IMG/VR virus record: IMGVR_UViG_3300045988_091802
From: a virus
Reading direction: 5' to 3' (one strand)
DNA length: 49,646 nt
In this document: one piece after another, positions 36,506 through 44,385 of the stretch
How positions within the stretch are numbered: the stretch's first letter is position 1
Layout of the letters: every line of letters begins with the position of its first letter
The notes under the pieces: model-generated
What the model saw: the letters and a program-made list of their open reading frames with translations, nothing else
Database searches by the model: none
Told to the model about the DNA's origin: nothing
Position numbers and translations under genes: made by a program

Positions 36506-36626
36506 GATACTTTTTGTAAAGCGATATAAGGACAAAGACCGCGCCGACAAAAAGGCGGAAAACAGTAAACATTAACGGGATTTGGTAGGGAGACCGAAGA
36601 ACCCCATTTAATCAGCAAAGCAAGTT

Positions 36627-37661
36627 ATGAAAAGGTTGGGCAACCTATACGATAAAATTATAAGTTTGGAAAACTTACGGATCGCAGACAAGCGGGCTCG
36701 TAAGGGCAAACTTAACACCTACGGCGTTAAGGTACATGACCGGCACGCCGAAGCCGACCTTTTGGCTTTGCACGAAGAATTGAAGGCAGGAACTTACAAG
36801 ACTTCGGAATATAGCACCTTTTTTATTTACGAACCGAAAGAACGTGAGATTTTCAGACTACCGTACTTTCCCGACCGCATCGTACACCACGCAGTAATGA
36901 ACGTGTTAGAACCCGTATGGGTGTCCATATTCACGGCGGACACATACAGTTGCATCAAAGGGCGAGGAATACAGGCGGCAGCGGACAAGTTACGGCGCGT
37001 GATAGACAGGGACAAGCCCGGTTGCGCCTATTGTCTGAAAATTGACATACGGAAGTTTTACCCTTCCATCGACCACGCTATATTAAAGCGGATTGTTCGC
37101 CGGAAGATTAAGGACACACGGCTACTTAGACTTCTTGACGAAATAATAGACAGCGCGGACGGACTGCCCATCGGGAACTACCTAAGCCAATTCTTAGCAA
37201 ACCTCATGCTTGCGTACTTTGACCATTGGGTTAAAGAGACCAAGCGCGTAAGGTATTATTTCAGATACGCCGACGATATTGTAGTATTGCACAGCGACAA
37301 AAGGGTATTACGCGCCTTGCTTGCCGACTTTGAACGGTATTTGAACACCGAACTAAACCTGTATGTCAAAGACAACAAACAGATTTTCCCGGTAGCGAAA
37401 GACCACAAAGACAGGCACGGGCGCGGCATTGACTTTTTGGGATATGTGTTTTACCACAACGAAACACGGCTAAGAAAGCGTATCAAACAGAACTTTTGCC
37501 GGAAGGTAGACAAGTTGAGGAAGCGGAAGAAACCGATAGGCGAAGCGCAGTTCATGCAAGCCGTAGCCGCGTGGTGGGGATGGGCGAAACACAGCGATAG
37601 CGAGTATTTTATCAACAAGTTAAATAAAATTTCACCTTATGAAATCAAATTCAAACGTTAG
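36627..37661 (+). CDS. DGR reverse transcriptase
   Basis: RT motifs including the DGR-typical IGNYLSQ and the catalytic YADD (RYADDIVVL). 344 aa, 121 nt downstream of the TR. Confidence 0.9.
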   Translation: MKRLGNLYDKIISLENLRIADKRARKGKLNTYGVKVHDRHAEADLLALHEELKAGTYKTSEYSTFFIYEPKEREIFRLPYFPDRIVHHAVMNVLEPVWVSIFTADTYSCIKGRGIQAAADKLRRVIDRDKPGCAYCLKIDIRKFYPSIDHAILKRIVRRKIKDTRLLRLLDEIIDSADGLPIGNYLSQFLANLMLAYFDHWVKETKRVRYYFRYADDIVVLHSDKRVLRALLADFERYLNTELNLYVKDNKQIFPVAKDHKDRHGRGIDFLGYVFYHNETRLRKRIKQNFCRKVDKLRKRKKPIGEAQFMQAVAAWWGWAKHSDSEYFINKLNKISPYEIKFKR

Positions 37662-38022
37662 ACCGGCTATTATCCAAGATTTGGGTAACGGCTCATTCCA
37701 TTACAACTACAACGTAACGGAAAGGAAGATAGAAGACGAAGAAGTAGGCGAAAAGACTGTTTACGACTACGATACGGTACAGGTGTGGGAAAAGCCGACC
37801 TACGACAACCTTACACGCGCCATCATACGCAGCGAGATAGACGAAACCGAAGAATTTTCTTTGATTAACGACTACTACGCCGCGCAGTTGGGAGTAGAAA
37901 AGGACGAAGACCGCAAGACGAAAGCAGTAAACGACTACAAAGATTACCTCGCGCACGTTGCGGACATAAAACAGATGGTGAGGGACGACCTCGCTACGGT
38001 TGGGTTGGACGAAAGCGCATAG
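37639..38022 (+). CDS. Hypothetical acidic protein
   Basis: 127-aa ORF overlapping the 3' end of the RT gene by 23 nt. Confidence 0.5.
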   Translation: MKSNSNVRPAIIQDLGNGSFHYNYNVTERKIEDEEVGEKTVYDYDTVQVWEKPTYDNLTRAIIRSEIDETEEFSLINDYYAAQLGVEKDEDRKTKAVNDYKDYLAHVADIKQMVRDDLATVGLDESA

Positions 38023-38025
38023 CCT

Positions 38026-38562
38026 ATGGGAACATTAACGGAAACGGTAAACGTCATAGTCGGAATTGTAGCATCACTTGGCGGCGTAAGTCTTATTAAA
38101 TTCCTTTTCTTCATGCGCCCGGAAAGGCGCAAGGCACAGGCGGAAGCCGGACTGAAAGAGGTGGAAAAGGAAGAACGCGAGCTGGGCATAATGAAAAACC
38201 TCGTAGAAAGTTTGCAGAAACGGATAGAACAGCAAGACCAAAAGATTAAGGAACTTAACGAACGTCTTGACAGGTTGTATAACGAGAAGCACGAACAGGA
38301 ACGGGAGAATAACGCCCTTATCCGCGAAAACAACGAATTGCGGCTCGCACTTAAAGAAGCGGAACACAACGTTTGTGTACGCCCCGATGACGAATGTTTC
38401 AAAGGACGTTTGCCGAAACGGACTTATTGCAGGCTGAAAAGGCTTGCGCAAGGCGACTACGACGCTTTCTATAAAGACGGCGACCCGGAAGAAGAAACAG
38501 ACAACCAAAGGGAAGGTAACAATGAGGATAACGGAATACTTGAAAAGCCTAATAAGGGCTAA
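38026..38562 (+). CDS. Membrane-anchored coiled-coil protein, lysis-associated?
   Basis: N-terminal TM segment (VIVGIVASLGGVSLIKFLFF) followed by a long charged coiled coil. Confidence 0.5.
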   Translation: MGTLTETVNVIVGIVASLGGVSLIKFLFFMRPERRKAQAEAGLKEVEKEERELGIMKNLVESLQKRIEQQDQKIKELNERLDRLYNEKHEQERENNALIRENNELRLALKEAEHNVCVRPDDECFKGRLPKRTYCRLKRLAQGDYDAFYKDGDPEEETDNQREGNNEDNGILEKPNKG

Positions 38563-38827
38563 CAGCTATGACAGTAGCAAGAGTTTCGCCCTCGTGCTTT
38601 CCGTATTGGTTGGAGCATTGATAGGGCTTTGCGTTTGCTTCTGCCTTGTGTGGGATGTGTGCAGTAACGGACATTTGGAAACCGACCTCGAAGGGTTGGG
38701 CGTATTCCTTCTTTGCGTTGGCGCATACATGGCAGGAGGTGGAGTAAACAAAGCCCTTTCAGAGCGGAAACGTAGTATTAACAAAGAGCATATTAACGAA
38801 AAAGTAAACAGCAATGGCAAAGATTGA
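38522..38827 (+). CDS. Putative holin
   Basis: 101 aa with two TM segments and a basic C-terminus, immediately upstream of the endolysin. Confidence 0.55.
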   Translation: MRITEYLKSLIRANSYDSSKSFALVLSVLVGALIGLCVCFCLVWDVCSNGHLETDLEGLGVFLLCVGAYMAGGGVNKALSERKRSINKEHINEKVNSNGKD

Positions 38828-39386
38828 AATTTTAGCACCGTTCATTTTGAGTTGGGAAGGCGGTTTTTCCAACCACCCGAACGACAAGGGAGGGGCGACG
38901 AACAAGGGAGTAACCATCGCCACATGGAAGCAAGTAGGCTACGACAAGGACGGCGACGGGGATATAGACGTAAGCGACCTGCGTTTGATTACCGAGGAAG
39001 ACGCGGTTAGCCGCGTCATGAAGCCGCACTATTGGGACAGGTGGAAAGCCGACCGGATAGAAAGCCAATCAGTCGCAAACATTGTGGTAGATTGGGTATG
39101 GGGAAGCGGCAAGCACGGAATTACGAACGTGCAGAAATTGTTAGGCGTAGCCGTTGATGGAATTGTAGGGGAAAAGACCTTAGCCGCCATCAACGCACAA
39201 GAACCGCGCCAGCTTTTCGACCTGATCAAGCGGAAACGGGAAGAGTTTATAGAAAATTTGGTAAGGCGCAACCCGTCACAGAAAGTTTTCCGCGCCGGTT
39301 GGTTGCGAAGACTATCGTACATCAATTACGGAAGTCTGACGTACAACGCCGTACCGCTACAAAAACATTCATTCACGGACATATAA
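38814..39386 (+). CDS. Endolysin, glycoside hydrolase family 108-like with a peptidoglycan-binding domain
   Basis: GH108 signature [21 protein letters not shown]. Confidence 0.8.
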   Translation: MAKIEILAPFILSWEGGFSNHPNDKGGATNKGVTIATWKQVGYDKDGDGDIDVSDLRLITEEDAVSRVMKPHYWDRWKADRIESQSVANIVVDWVWGSGKHGITNVQKLLGVAVDGIVGEKTLAAINAQEPRQLFDLIKRKREEFIENLVRRNPSQKVFRAGWLRRLSYINYGSLTYNAVPLQKHSFTDI

Positions 39387-39394
39387 TAATAGGT

Positions 39395-39985
39395 ATGAAA
39401 TGGATTACCCGTATTACATTATTGATTTGTCTAACATTGCCGACTTTGTTATCCGGGTGCAGTACGACACGGAAGACCGCAAAAGGCACGGAACAGACAA
39501 ACGTAACCGCCATACAGGAAACAGACCGGACAGAAGAAGAAAAGCGTTTGGCGGAAGTCATAACCAATACAGAAACAAACGACCGTACAAACGTGGTTAT
39601 CGAGTTCACGAAGACGGAGTATGCCGACGGGAGTACGGAAACGAAGACAGAACCGCCCGAACAACATCCCGGCGAAAAAGTGAAACCGAAACCGGGAACG
39701 GAAAGCAAAGGCGGCATAAAGTCAGTTACCACCGGAAAAATAACCATCAACGGCGACCGGAAGGAAACGACAGCGACAACAGCGACGGAAACAGGCGAAA
39801 AGAAAGCCGAAACACAGACAACCACCGGAGTAAGCGCGGACAAGACCGCGACCGTAGAAACGGAACAGGAAAAGAAGCCTAAAAGGGGCTTGCTTGATTG
39901 GATTTTCTTAGCCGGGATAGTGGCAGCTTGCGCCGCCGGAATTACTTACGCCGTCAGACGCTTTAAGATTAAGGCTGGGAAGTAA
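39395..39985 (+). CDS. Lipoprotein with a C-terminal TM segment; unimolecular spanin candidate
   Basis: Lipobox LPTLLSGC at the N-terminus, T/E/K-rich linker, C-terminal TM segment LLDWIFLAGIVAACAAGITYAV. Last gene of the lysis cassette. Confidence 0.55.
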   Translation: MKWITRITLLICLTLPTLLSGCSTTRKTAKGTEQTNVTAIQETDRTEEEKRLAEVITNTETNDRTNVVIEFTKTEYADGSTETKTEPPEQHPGEKVKPKPGTESKGGIKSVTTGKITINGDRKETTATTATETGEKKAETQTTTGVSADKTATVETEQEKKPKRGLLDWIFLAGIVAACAAGITYAVRRFKIKAGK

Positions 39986-40019
39986 AAACGCCCACAAAAA
40001 GCCAAAAATGGGCGTTTTT
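39985..40019 (+). terminator. Rho-independent terminator
   Basis: AAAAACGCCCA...TGGGCGTTTTT. Confidence 0.65.
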
Positions 40020-40220
40020 ATGGGCGTTTAATTCTTAACTTGCTGACATTCAGCGTTAGAAGCGGAGAGAAAGGCTCTAAGAGGTTTATTTTAAGACATA
40101 GGCAGACGTACCCAATAAGTATATAACTGCTTATGTCTTATTGTTTTAGTTGATACCATTTGAAACTGCCATAATCAAACATTAAATCAGTATTTGGGCG
40201 TATTTTTGGGCGTGTGCATT
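40020..40220. other. Candidate attP region
   Basis: Non-coding and adjacent to int. Imperfect inverted repeat TAAGACATAGGCAG (40092-40105) / CTGCTTATGTCTTA (40127-40140), flanked by paired TGGGCGT repeats. Confidence 0.45.
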
Positions 40221-41537
40221 TTACCCATTATTATCAGTTTTCCCGAAGTTGTCAAACCGTGCCATATTTTCGGCTTTTGCCGCATCTACTATTTTAATAT
40301 AAGGCTTCATAGCTTTATAGTCGCTGTGTCCCGTCCATTCCATTATAACCGAAGCAGGAATACCAAGGCGAAGCGCATTAACTATAAAAGTTCGCCTTCC
40401 GCAATGTGTGGTAAGAACCGCATATTTAGGTACTACAACCTCTTTGCGTTCACTACCACTATACGACACGACACTAACAAGCTCATCCAACCCGGCGATT
40501 TCGGCAGCTTCATGTAGATGCTCATTCATTTTTACGTTGCTTAATACGGGCAAAGCCTTATTTCCGGGCAAGTGTATTCCCTTGTATTTATCAAGTATTG
40601 CAAGAGCATAGCTATTTAGCTCAATATGTAGCCTATCGGTTGTTTTCTTTGTAACAATAGAGATATAAGGAGGAACGGCATCGCGTTTTACGTCAGAAGA
40701 TTTAAGCCGCGCTACGTCAGAATAACGCAACCCGGTAAAACAACAAAAACAAAACACATCGCGAACAGGAGGTAACGACGGTTTATTAGGGGGAAACTTG
40801 AAGTTCATAAAGTGCTGCAATTCGTCCCACGTCAAAAATATGACCTCTTTACAGTCCAATCCCTTGAAGCGTGGGCGATATTGCAAATGAGCAGCACCGG
40901 AGTAATAACCGTTAGCGGAAGCCCAACGCAAGAACCAACGAACGAAACCTACGTTTTTGGCGACCGTGGTATTAAGCTGTCCTTCTTCTTTTTGCAGATA
41001 CGACACAAAGGCGGCAAAGTCAGACTTTGAAAAATTATCTAAGGAGAGTTCCGGGCGAAAGTTCATTAAGTGATGTTTGATACTTGCAAATTTAGTATAG
41101 GTTGCTTTCGTCCAATTATTCGTAACACCCATTTCGGAAGTGAACCTATCAAAGACCTCGAAGAAGCCCGGCGATTGTTGCTGGGCTTCTTCTTTTTCAT
41201 CGGTAACATGCCGACCGATTGAAGCATAGAAAAGCGGCTTAAATTCTTTCGGCGTTGGCGTTCGGTGGTGTTCAAGTTCAAAACGCGTTAAGACTTCTTC
41301 GACCTTAGAAACCATATTAGAAAGACCCCTATTTATTTCGCCCGAAGTTTGCTTATAGCAATTCTTAGAGCCGAGCGTTACCCGTTGGCTTTCCTTATCC
41401 CATTTGTTAGCGTCAATTACATACCCGGAATGAATATCTATACGATACCCGGAATAACATACGCGCAAACGGATAGGAACGCTTTGGGCGTTCATACCTT
41501 CACGGGTTGATAGTTGAAACTTAACGCTATACTTCAT
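40221..41537 (-). CDS. int: Tyrosine recombinase/integrase (Bacteroidetes type, with an N-terminal arm-binding domain)
   Basis: Catalytic pattern ..GLRYSDV.., ..HCGRRTF.., ..GHSDYKAMKPYI... N-terminus is typical of Bacteroidetes integrases. Confidence 0.9.
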   Translation of the reverse strand: MKYSVKFQLSTREGMNAQSVPIRLRVCYSGYRIDIHSGYVIDANKWDKESQRVTLGSKNCYKQTSGEINRGLSNMVSKVEEVLTRFELEHHRTPTPKEFKPLFYASIGRHVTDEKEEAQQQSPGFFEVFDRFTSEMGVTNNWTKATYTKFASIKHHLMNFRPELSLDNFSKSDFAAFVSYLQKEEGQLNTTVAKNVGFVRWFLRWASANGYYSGAAHLQYRPRFKGLDCKEVIFLTWDELQHFMNFKFPPNKPSLPPVRDVFCFCCFTGLRYSDVARLKSSDVKRDAVPPYISIVTKKTTDRLHIELNSYALAILDKYKGIHLPGNKALPVLSNVKMNEHLHEAAEIAGLDELVSVVSYSGSERKEVVVPKYAVLTTHCGRRTFIVNALRLGIPASVIMEWTGHSDYKAMKPYIKIVDAAKAENMARFDNFGKTDNNG

Positions 41538-41842
41538 TTCTTATCGGTCATCATTTCGCCGCGCCCGGTAAGCAACCAATGCGCGGATATAGGATAATTA
41601 GCCACCATAGTATATAAGGCTTCTACTTCCAAATTCTTATACCGCGTTTGATAACCCGGCTTAGGGGTTGTTCCATAGCCTAACCGCATTTCCCTATAAC
41701 GCGGTGCGCTAAGGTTGTGCAGTTCGCAGAAGTGGCTCAAAGAATCTATTTTGCCAAGATTGACAAGCATATCAATAGCCACGAAGAACCGGCGGTTTAT
41801 GGCTTCGCTAATTGGCGAAGTCTTTACTATTGTCCGGGGCAT
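41534..41842 (-). CDS. HTH DNA-binding protein; excisionase or regulator candidate
   Basis: 4-nt overlap with the int start. HTH-like region and the ..HWLLTGRGEM motif. Confidence 0.5.
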   Translation of the reverse strand: MPRTIVKTSPISEAINRRFFVAIDMLVNLGKIDSLSHFCELHNLSAPRYREMRLGYGTTPKPGYQTRYKNLEVEALYTMVANYPISAHWLLTGRGEMMTDKK

Positions 41843-42048
41843 AGCGAAGCGTTTATATTAGACATCATTACATTGTATTCATCTTCCGACACAAAAGCCG
41901 TTTCTTTACCCGACAAATAAGCATTTTCCAAGGCTTGAAAGATAGAACCGGGGATAAACGGGTAGTAAGCCCGGTTGCTATAAAACTTATCTACATTTAT
42001 TTCTACCATAGCATAGTTATTTTTCTCGATTTTTTGATTTAAGCGCAT
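41827..42048 (-). CDS. Hypothetical protein
   Basis: ATG 42048 (MRLNQKIEK...). Overlaps the downstream gene. Confidence 0.4.
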   Translation of the reverse strand: MRLNQKIEKNNYAMVEINVDKFYSNRAYYPFIPGSIFQALENAYLSGKETAFVSEDEYNVMMSNINASLCPGQ

Positions 42049-42122
42049 TTCTTGTTGAAATGGCAGTGTTACCCACCCAAACAAAAAGAAGCGAAAATAG
42101 GGGCGTTTCTGTGCGTTTGGGA

Positions 42123-42137
42123 GTATCACTATAATAC
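42123..42137 (+). promoter_or_regulatory. Dispersed 15-bp motif copy: GTATCACTATAATAC
   Basis: Intergenic, between the repressor gene and the int operon. Confidence 0.5.
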
Positions 42138-42220
42138 ATATTATTTATTCCGATTTTGCAGCCTAACACTCTCTATAATAATGTATAACGGCTACCACAA
42201 AGAAACCTTTTTGCCGAAGG

Positions 42221-42649
42221 CTATACGGCAGCGGCACATCCGGCATTGCTTTCCGGTTGGGCAGCGGCTTTTTTGTTCTGTTCGGCGAGCATTTCAATGG
42301 TACGCTGTTGGCTTTCTATAATAGAGAGCAAACGCGCCTTTTCTTCTTTTGCGTCTTCAAGTAGTTTATACAGCATTTCGGAAGGCGCAATTTCGGCACT
42401 TTTCGGCATGGCATCCGCTTCCGGGCGTACAGAAAGAAGCATTTCGCCCTCCCCACGCATTAGCCAAACGGGGTTAAGTTGCGGGTATTGTTCGGTTATT
42501 GCTTCTAATTTGTCTGCCTTAATAGACCTTTTAATACTGGCTATATACGCAGAACCTACGCCGATTGTGCGGCAAAATTCCCTTTCGCTTATATTTAGAT
42601 AAGCTATGAACTTCTTAATTCGCTCTTTTACACCACTTTCATTTTGCAT
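42221..42649 (-). CDS. XRE/CI-like HTH repressor candidate
   Basis: N-terminal HTH (LNISEREFCRTIGVGSAYIASIKR) and WLMRGEGEM. Divergent from the early rightward genes. Confidence 0.65.
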   Translation of the reverse strand: MQNESGVKERIKKFIAYLNISEREFCRTIGVGSAYIASIKRSIKADKLEAITEQYPQLNPVWLMRGEGEMLLSVRPEADAMPKSAEIAPSEMLYKLLEDAKEEKARLLSIIESQQRTIEMLAEQNKKAAAQPESNAGCAAAV

Positions 42650-42836
42650 ATTGTATCCTAATGTATCTAAATGTTAAAAATCAAGCGCACGGCGAAAATT
42701 GTATGCTTTTTATTTGCTTATTGTATGCTTTTACATTACATTTGCACCGTGTTAGTTATTCATTCGCAAAGATAAGCAAAAAATTAGCGGACAGCAATAG
42801 CGTAAACACGCTATATTACAGAAAAATAAAGGCTAT
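42650..42836. promoter_or_regulatory. Immunity switch region with candidate operators and promoters
   Basis: TTGTATGCTTTT at 42699-42710 and 42721-42732, plus TTGTATCC at 42651. -7 box TACATTTG (+) at 42737-42744 and TATCTTTG (-) at 42767-42774. Confidence 0.5.
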
Positions 42837-43061
42837 ATGGTACATTCAAGTAAAACAATTAACCGCAATTTCTTGATAAAAGCAAGCGGTATAGACGGAG
42901 AAGGAAAGCGCATAAACAAATTAGTAGGCGTTGCCGGGCTTCTTGAATTGGTTGGCGAAGTATTGGCAGACAAATTTGTAACAAGAGCGTTTGAATGCGG
43001 CTTAGATTGTTGCCGTTGCAAACTTAGACGGGGTTTGCGAATAACTTTCTATTGTAAGTAA
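42837..43061 (+). CDS. Hypothetical early protein, in the Cro position
   Basis: It shares the start context GCTATATG with the starts at 43095 and 44695. Confidence 0.4.
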   Translation: MVHSSKTINRNFLIKASGIDGEGKRINKLVGVAGLLELVGEVLADKFVTRAFECGLDCCRCKLRRGLRITFYCK

Positions 43062-43094
43062 ACAGATTGTATAACACTATAAAATAACAGCTAT

Positions 43095-43307
43095 ATGACA
43101 AAGATGAACGATAACAACGGGTGCAGCATTTGCGCCGCAGGAAGTGAGAATTACGAAACATTCAGTACCCGGATAGGAAGGAAACGGGTTAAGCGTGTGC
43201 AATACGATTACAGGCATACAGACGGCGAACTGTTCAGCTGCATCGGTGGAACATTGGAAGAGTGCAGAGAACGCCGGGACAAGTGGCTCAACGCTAAAAA
43301 GGCTTGA
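43095..43307 (+). CDS. DUF3873-like small protein
   Basis: ..QYDYRHTDGELFSCIGGTLEECRERRDKWL.. resembles the Bacteroides DUF3873 family, from memory. Confidence 0.5.
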   Translation: MTKMNDNNGCSICAAGSENYETFSTRIGRKRVKRVQYDYRHTDGELFSCIGGTLEECRERRDKWLNAKKA

Positions 43308-43335
43308 CGGGTAAGGGTGTGTTTCCCGATACAAC

Positions 43336-43350
43336 GTATCAATATAATAC
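43336..43350 (+). promoter_or_regulatory. Dispersed 15-bp motif copy: GTATCAATATAATAC
   Basis: Identical to the copy at 13992-14006. Intergenic. Confidence 0.55.
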
Positions 43351-43511
43351 GATTAACAGGATAACACTATATAAGCCAACGGAAAGAGAACCCCTCTTGT
43401 AAAGGCTATAAACCGGTGACAGCGGAAACAGCACCGCAGCGCGGACGCTTTGGGCGTAGGTGGGGCAAACCCACCACCGCGCACGAAATAGTAACTAAAA
43501 ACAAAAACATT

Positions 43512-43754
43512 ATGGTATTGACAGAAACAAATAGAAAGGTAGGACGGCTCGGTTTCCTTAGCGGACTGAACCAAGTGAAGATGGGCGTTTACAAAGAGGT
43601 GGTAGCCGAATTGTATAAGGCTTTGGGAATAAACAACCGTAACAGCTTCTACGCATACAGGGACGGGAAGATAGAACCCAAGGTTACGCAAGCCGAAGCA
43701 GTGGAAAGCGTGTTTAACAGGTACGGGATAACTGAAAACATTTGGGGAGCATGA
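43512..43754 (+). CDS. Hypothetical protein (80 aa)
   Basis: ATG 43512. The stop overlaps the next start (ATGA). Confidence 0.5.
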   Translation: MVLTETNRKVGRLGFLSGLNQVKMGVYKEVVAELYKALGINNRNSFYAYRDGKIEPKVTQAEAVESVFNRYGITENIWGA

Positions 43755-44146
43755 AACTACACGCGCTATTGAGCAAACGGGAAACGCAAGTAGCCGAATT
43801 GCTTGCATGGGGCGCGAGCAAAAAGGAAGTGGCAAGCAAGCTATTTGTTTCCACGCGAACCGTAGAGAACACCGCACGGAACATATACGCAAAATTGGGA
43901 ATACAGAAGGCTACGGAATTGTGTGTATGGTGGTTTTGTACCAAGTGCGGAGTACCCGTAAGTCTTGACCCGTTGAAACGAGCATTTACGGCAATCCTGC
44001 TTCTTTTGGTTTTGCTTCCAAGAGAACTTACAGGAAACGGCGATTTGTTCAGAATTGGCAGGGACAGACGGATAGCACGGGTTACAAGAACTTTCCGGCG
44101 ATACGGAGAGGATGACGGAACGGAAGATTTTTTCAGAACATATTAA
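43751..44146 (+). CDS. LuxR/GerE-type HTH regulator with a C-terminal hydrophobic segment
   Basis: LSKRETQVAELLAWGASKKEVASKLFVSTRTVENTARNIYAKLG, followed by a TM-like segment AFTAILLLLVLL. Confidence 0.65.
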   Translation: MKLHALLSKRETQVAELLAWGASKKEVASKLFVSTRTVENTARNIYAKLGIQKATELCVWWFCTKCGVPVSLDPLKRAFTAILLLLVLLPRELTGNGDLFRIGRDRRIARVTRTFRRYGEDDGTEDFFRTY

Positions 44147-44157
44147 ACGGGTGGATC

Positions 44158-44385
44158 ATGAAGAAGGAAATAGCATTGTTAGTGGCAATAGTCGTATTTG
44201 GTACGATTTGGATAAGCCACTTAAAGGCACAGATAGACTACGCGGACACGGAATGCCCGGTTTGCGGAAGTTGCGAAGTTTTAGACTTCGGGGAAAGCGA
44301 GCATGGGGAAAGGTGTTACTGCTACGATTGCGAAACAGAATTTTACATAACGCCAATTACAGATTATGAGCAAGAACAGTATTAA
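44158..44385 (+). CDS. Small membrane-anchored zinc-ribbon protein
   Basis: N-terminal TM segment, then CPVCGSC...CYCYDCE. Confidence 0.5.
   Translation: MKKEIALLVAIVVFGTIWISHLKAQIDYADTECPVCGSCEVLDFGESEHGERCYCYDCETEFYITPITDYEQEQY

Noticed and set aside
36627-37661. RT considered as a retron or group II intron RT
   Set aside because: An adjacent TR with three adenine-mismatched VRs and the IGxxxSQ motif point to a DGR. No intron maturase/En domains and no msr/msd-like inverted repeats were seen.
40194-40611. Plus-strand ORFs 40194-40517 and 40408-40611 (and 40812-41030)
   Set aside because: They are antisense to the integrase gene, which has clear catalytic motifs. Their translations have no features.
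42052-42602. Plus-strand ORFs 42052-42321 and 42246-42602
   Set aside because: The second is antisense to the CI-like repressor. The first spans a regulatory intergenic region and has an implausible composition.
42661-42876. ORF 42661-42876 in the switch region
   Set aside because: It is AT-rich, overlaps the operator and promoter repeats, and is out of frame with the better-supported ORF starting at 42837 in the conserved GCTATATG context.
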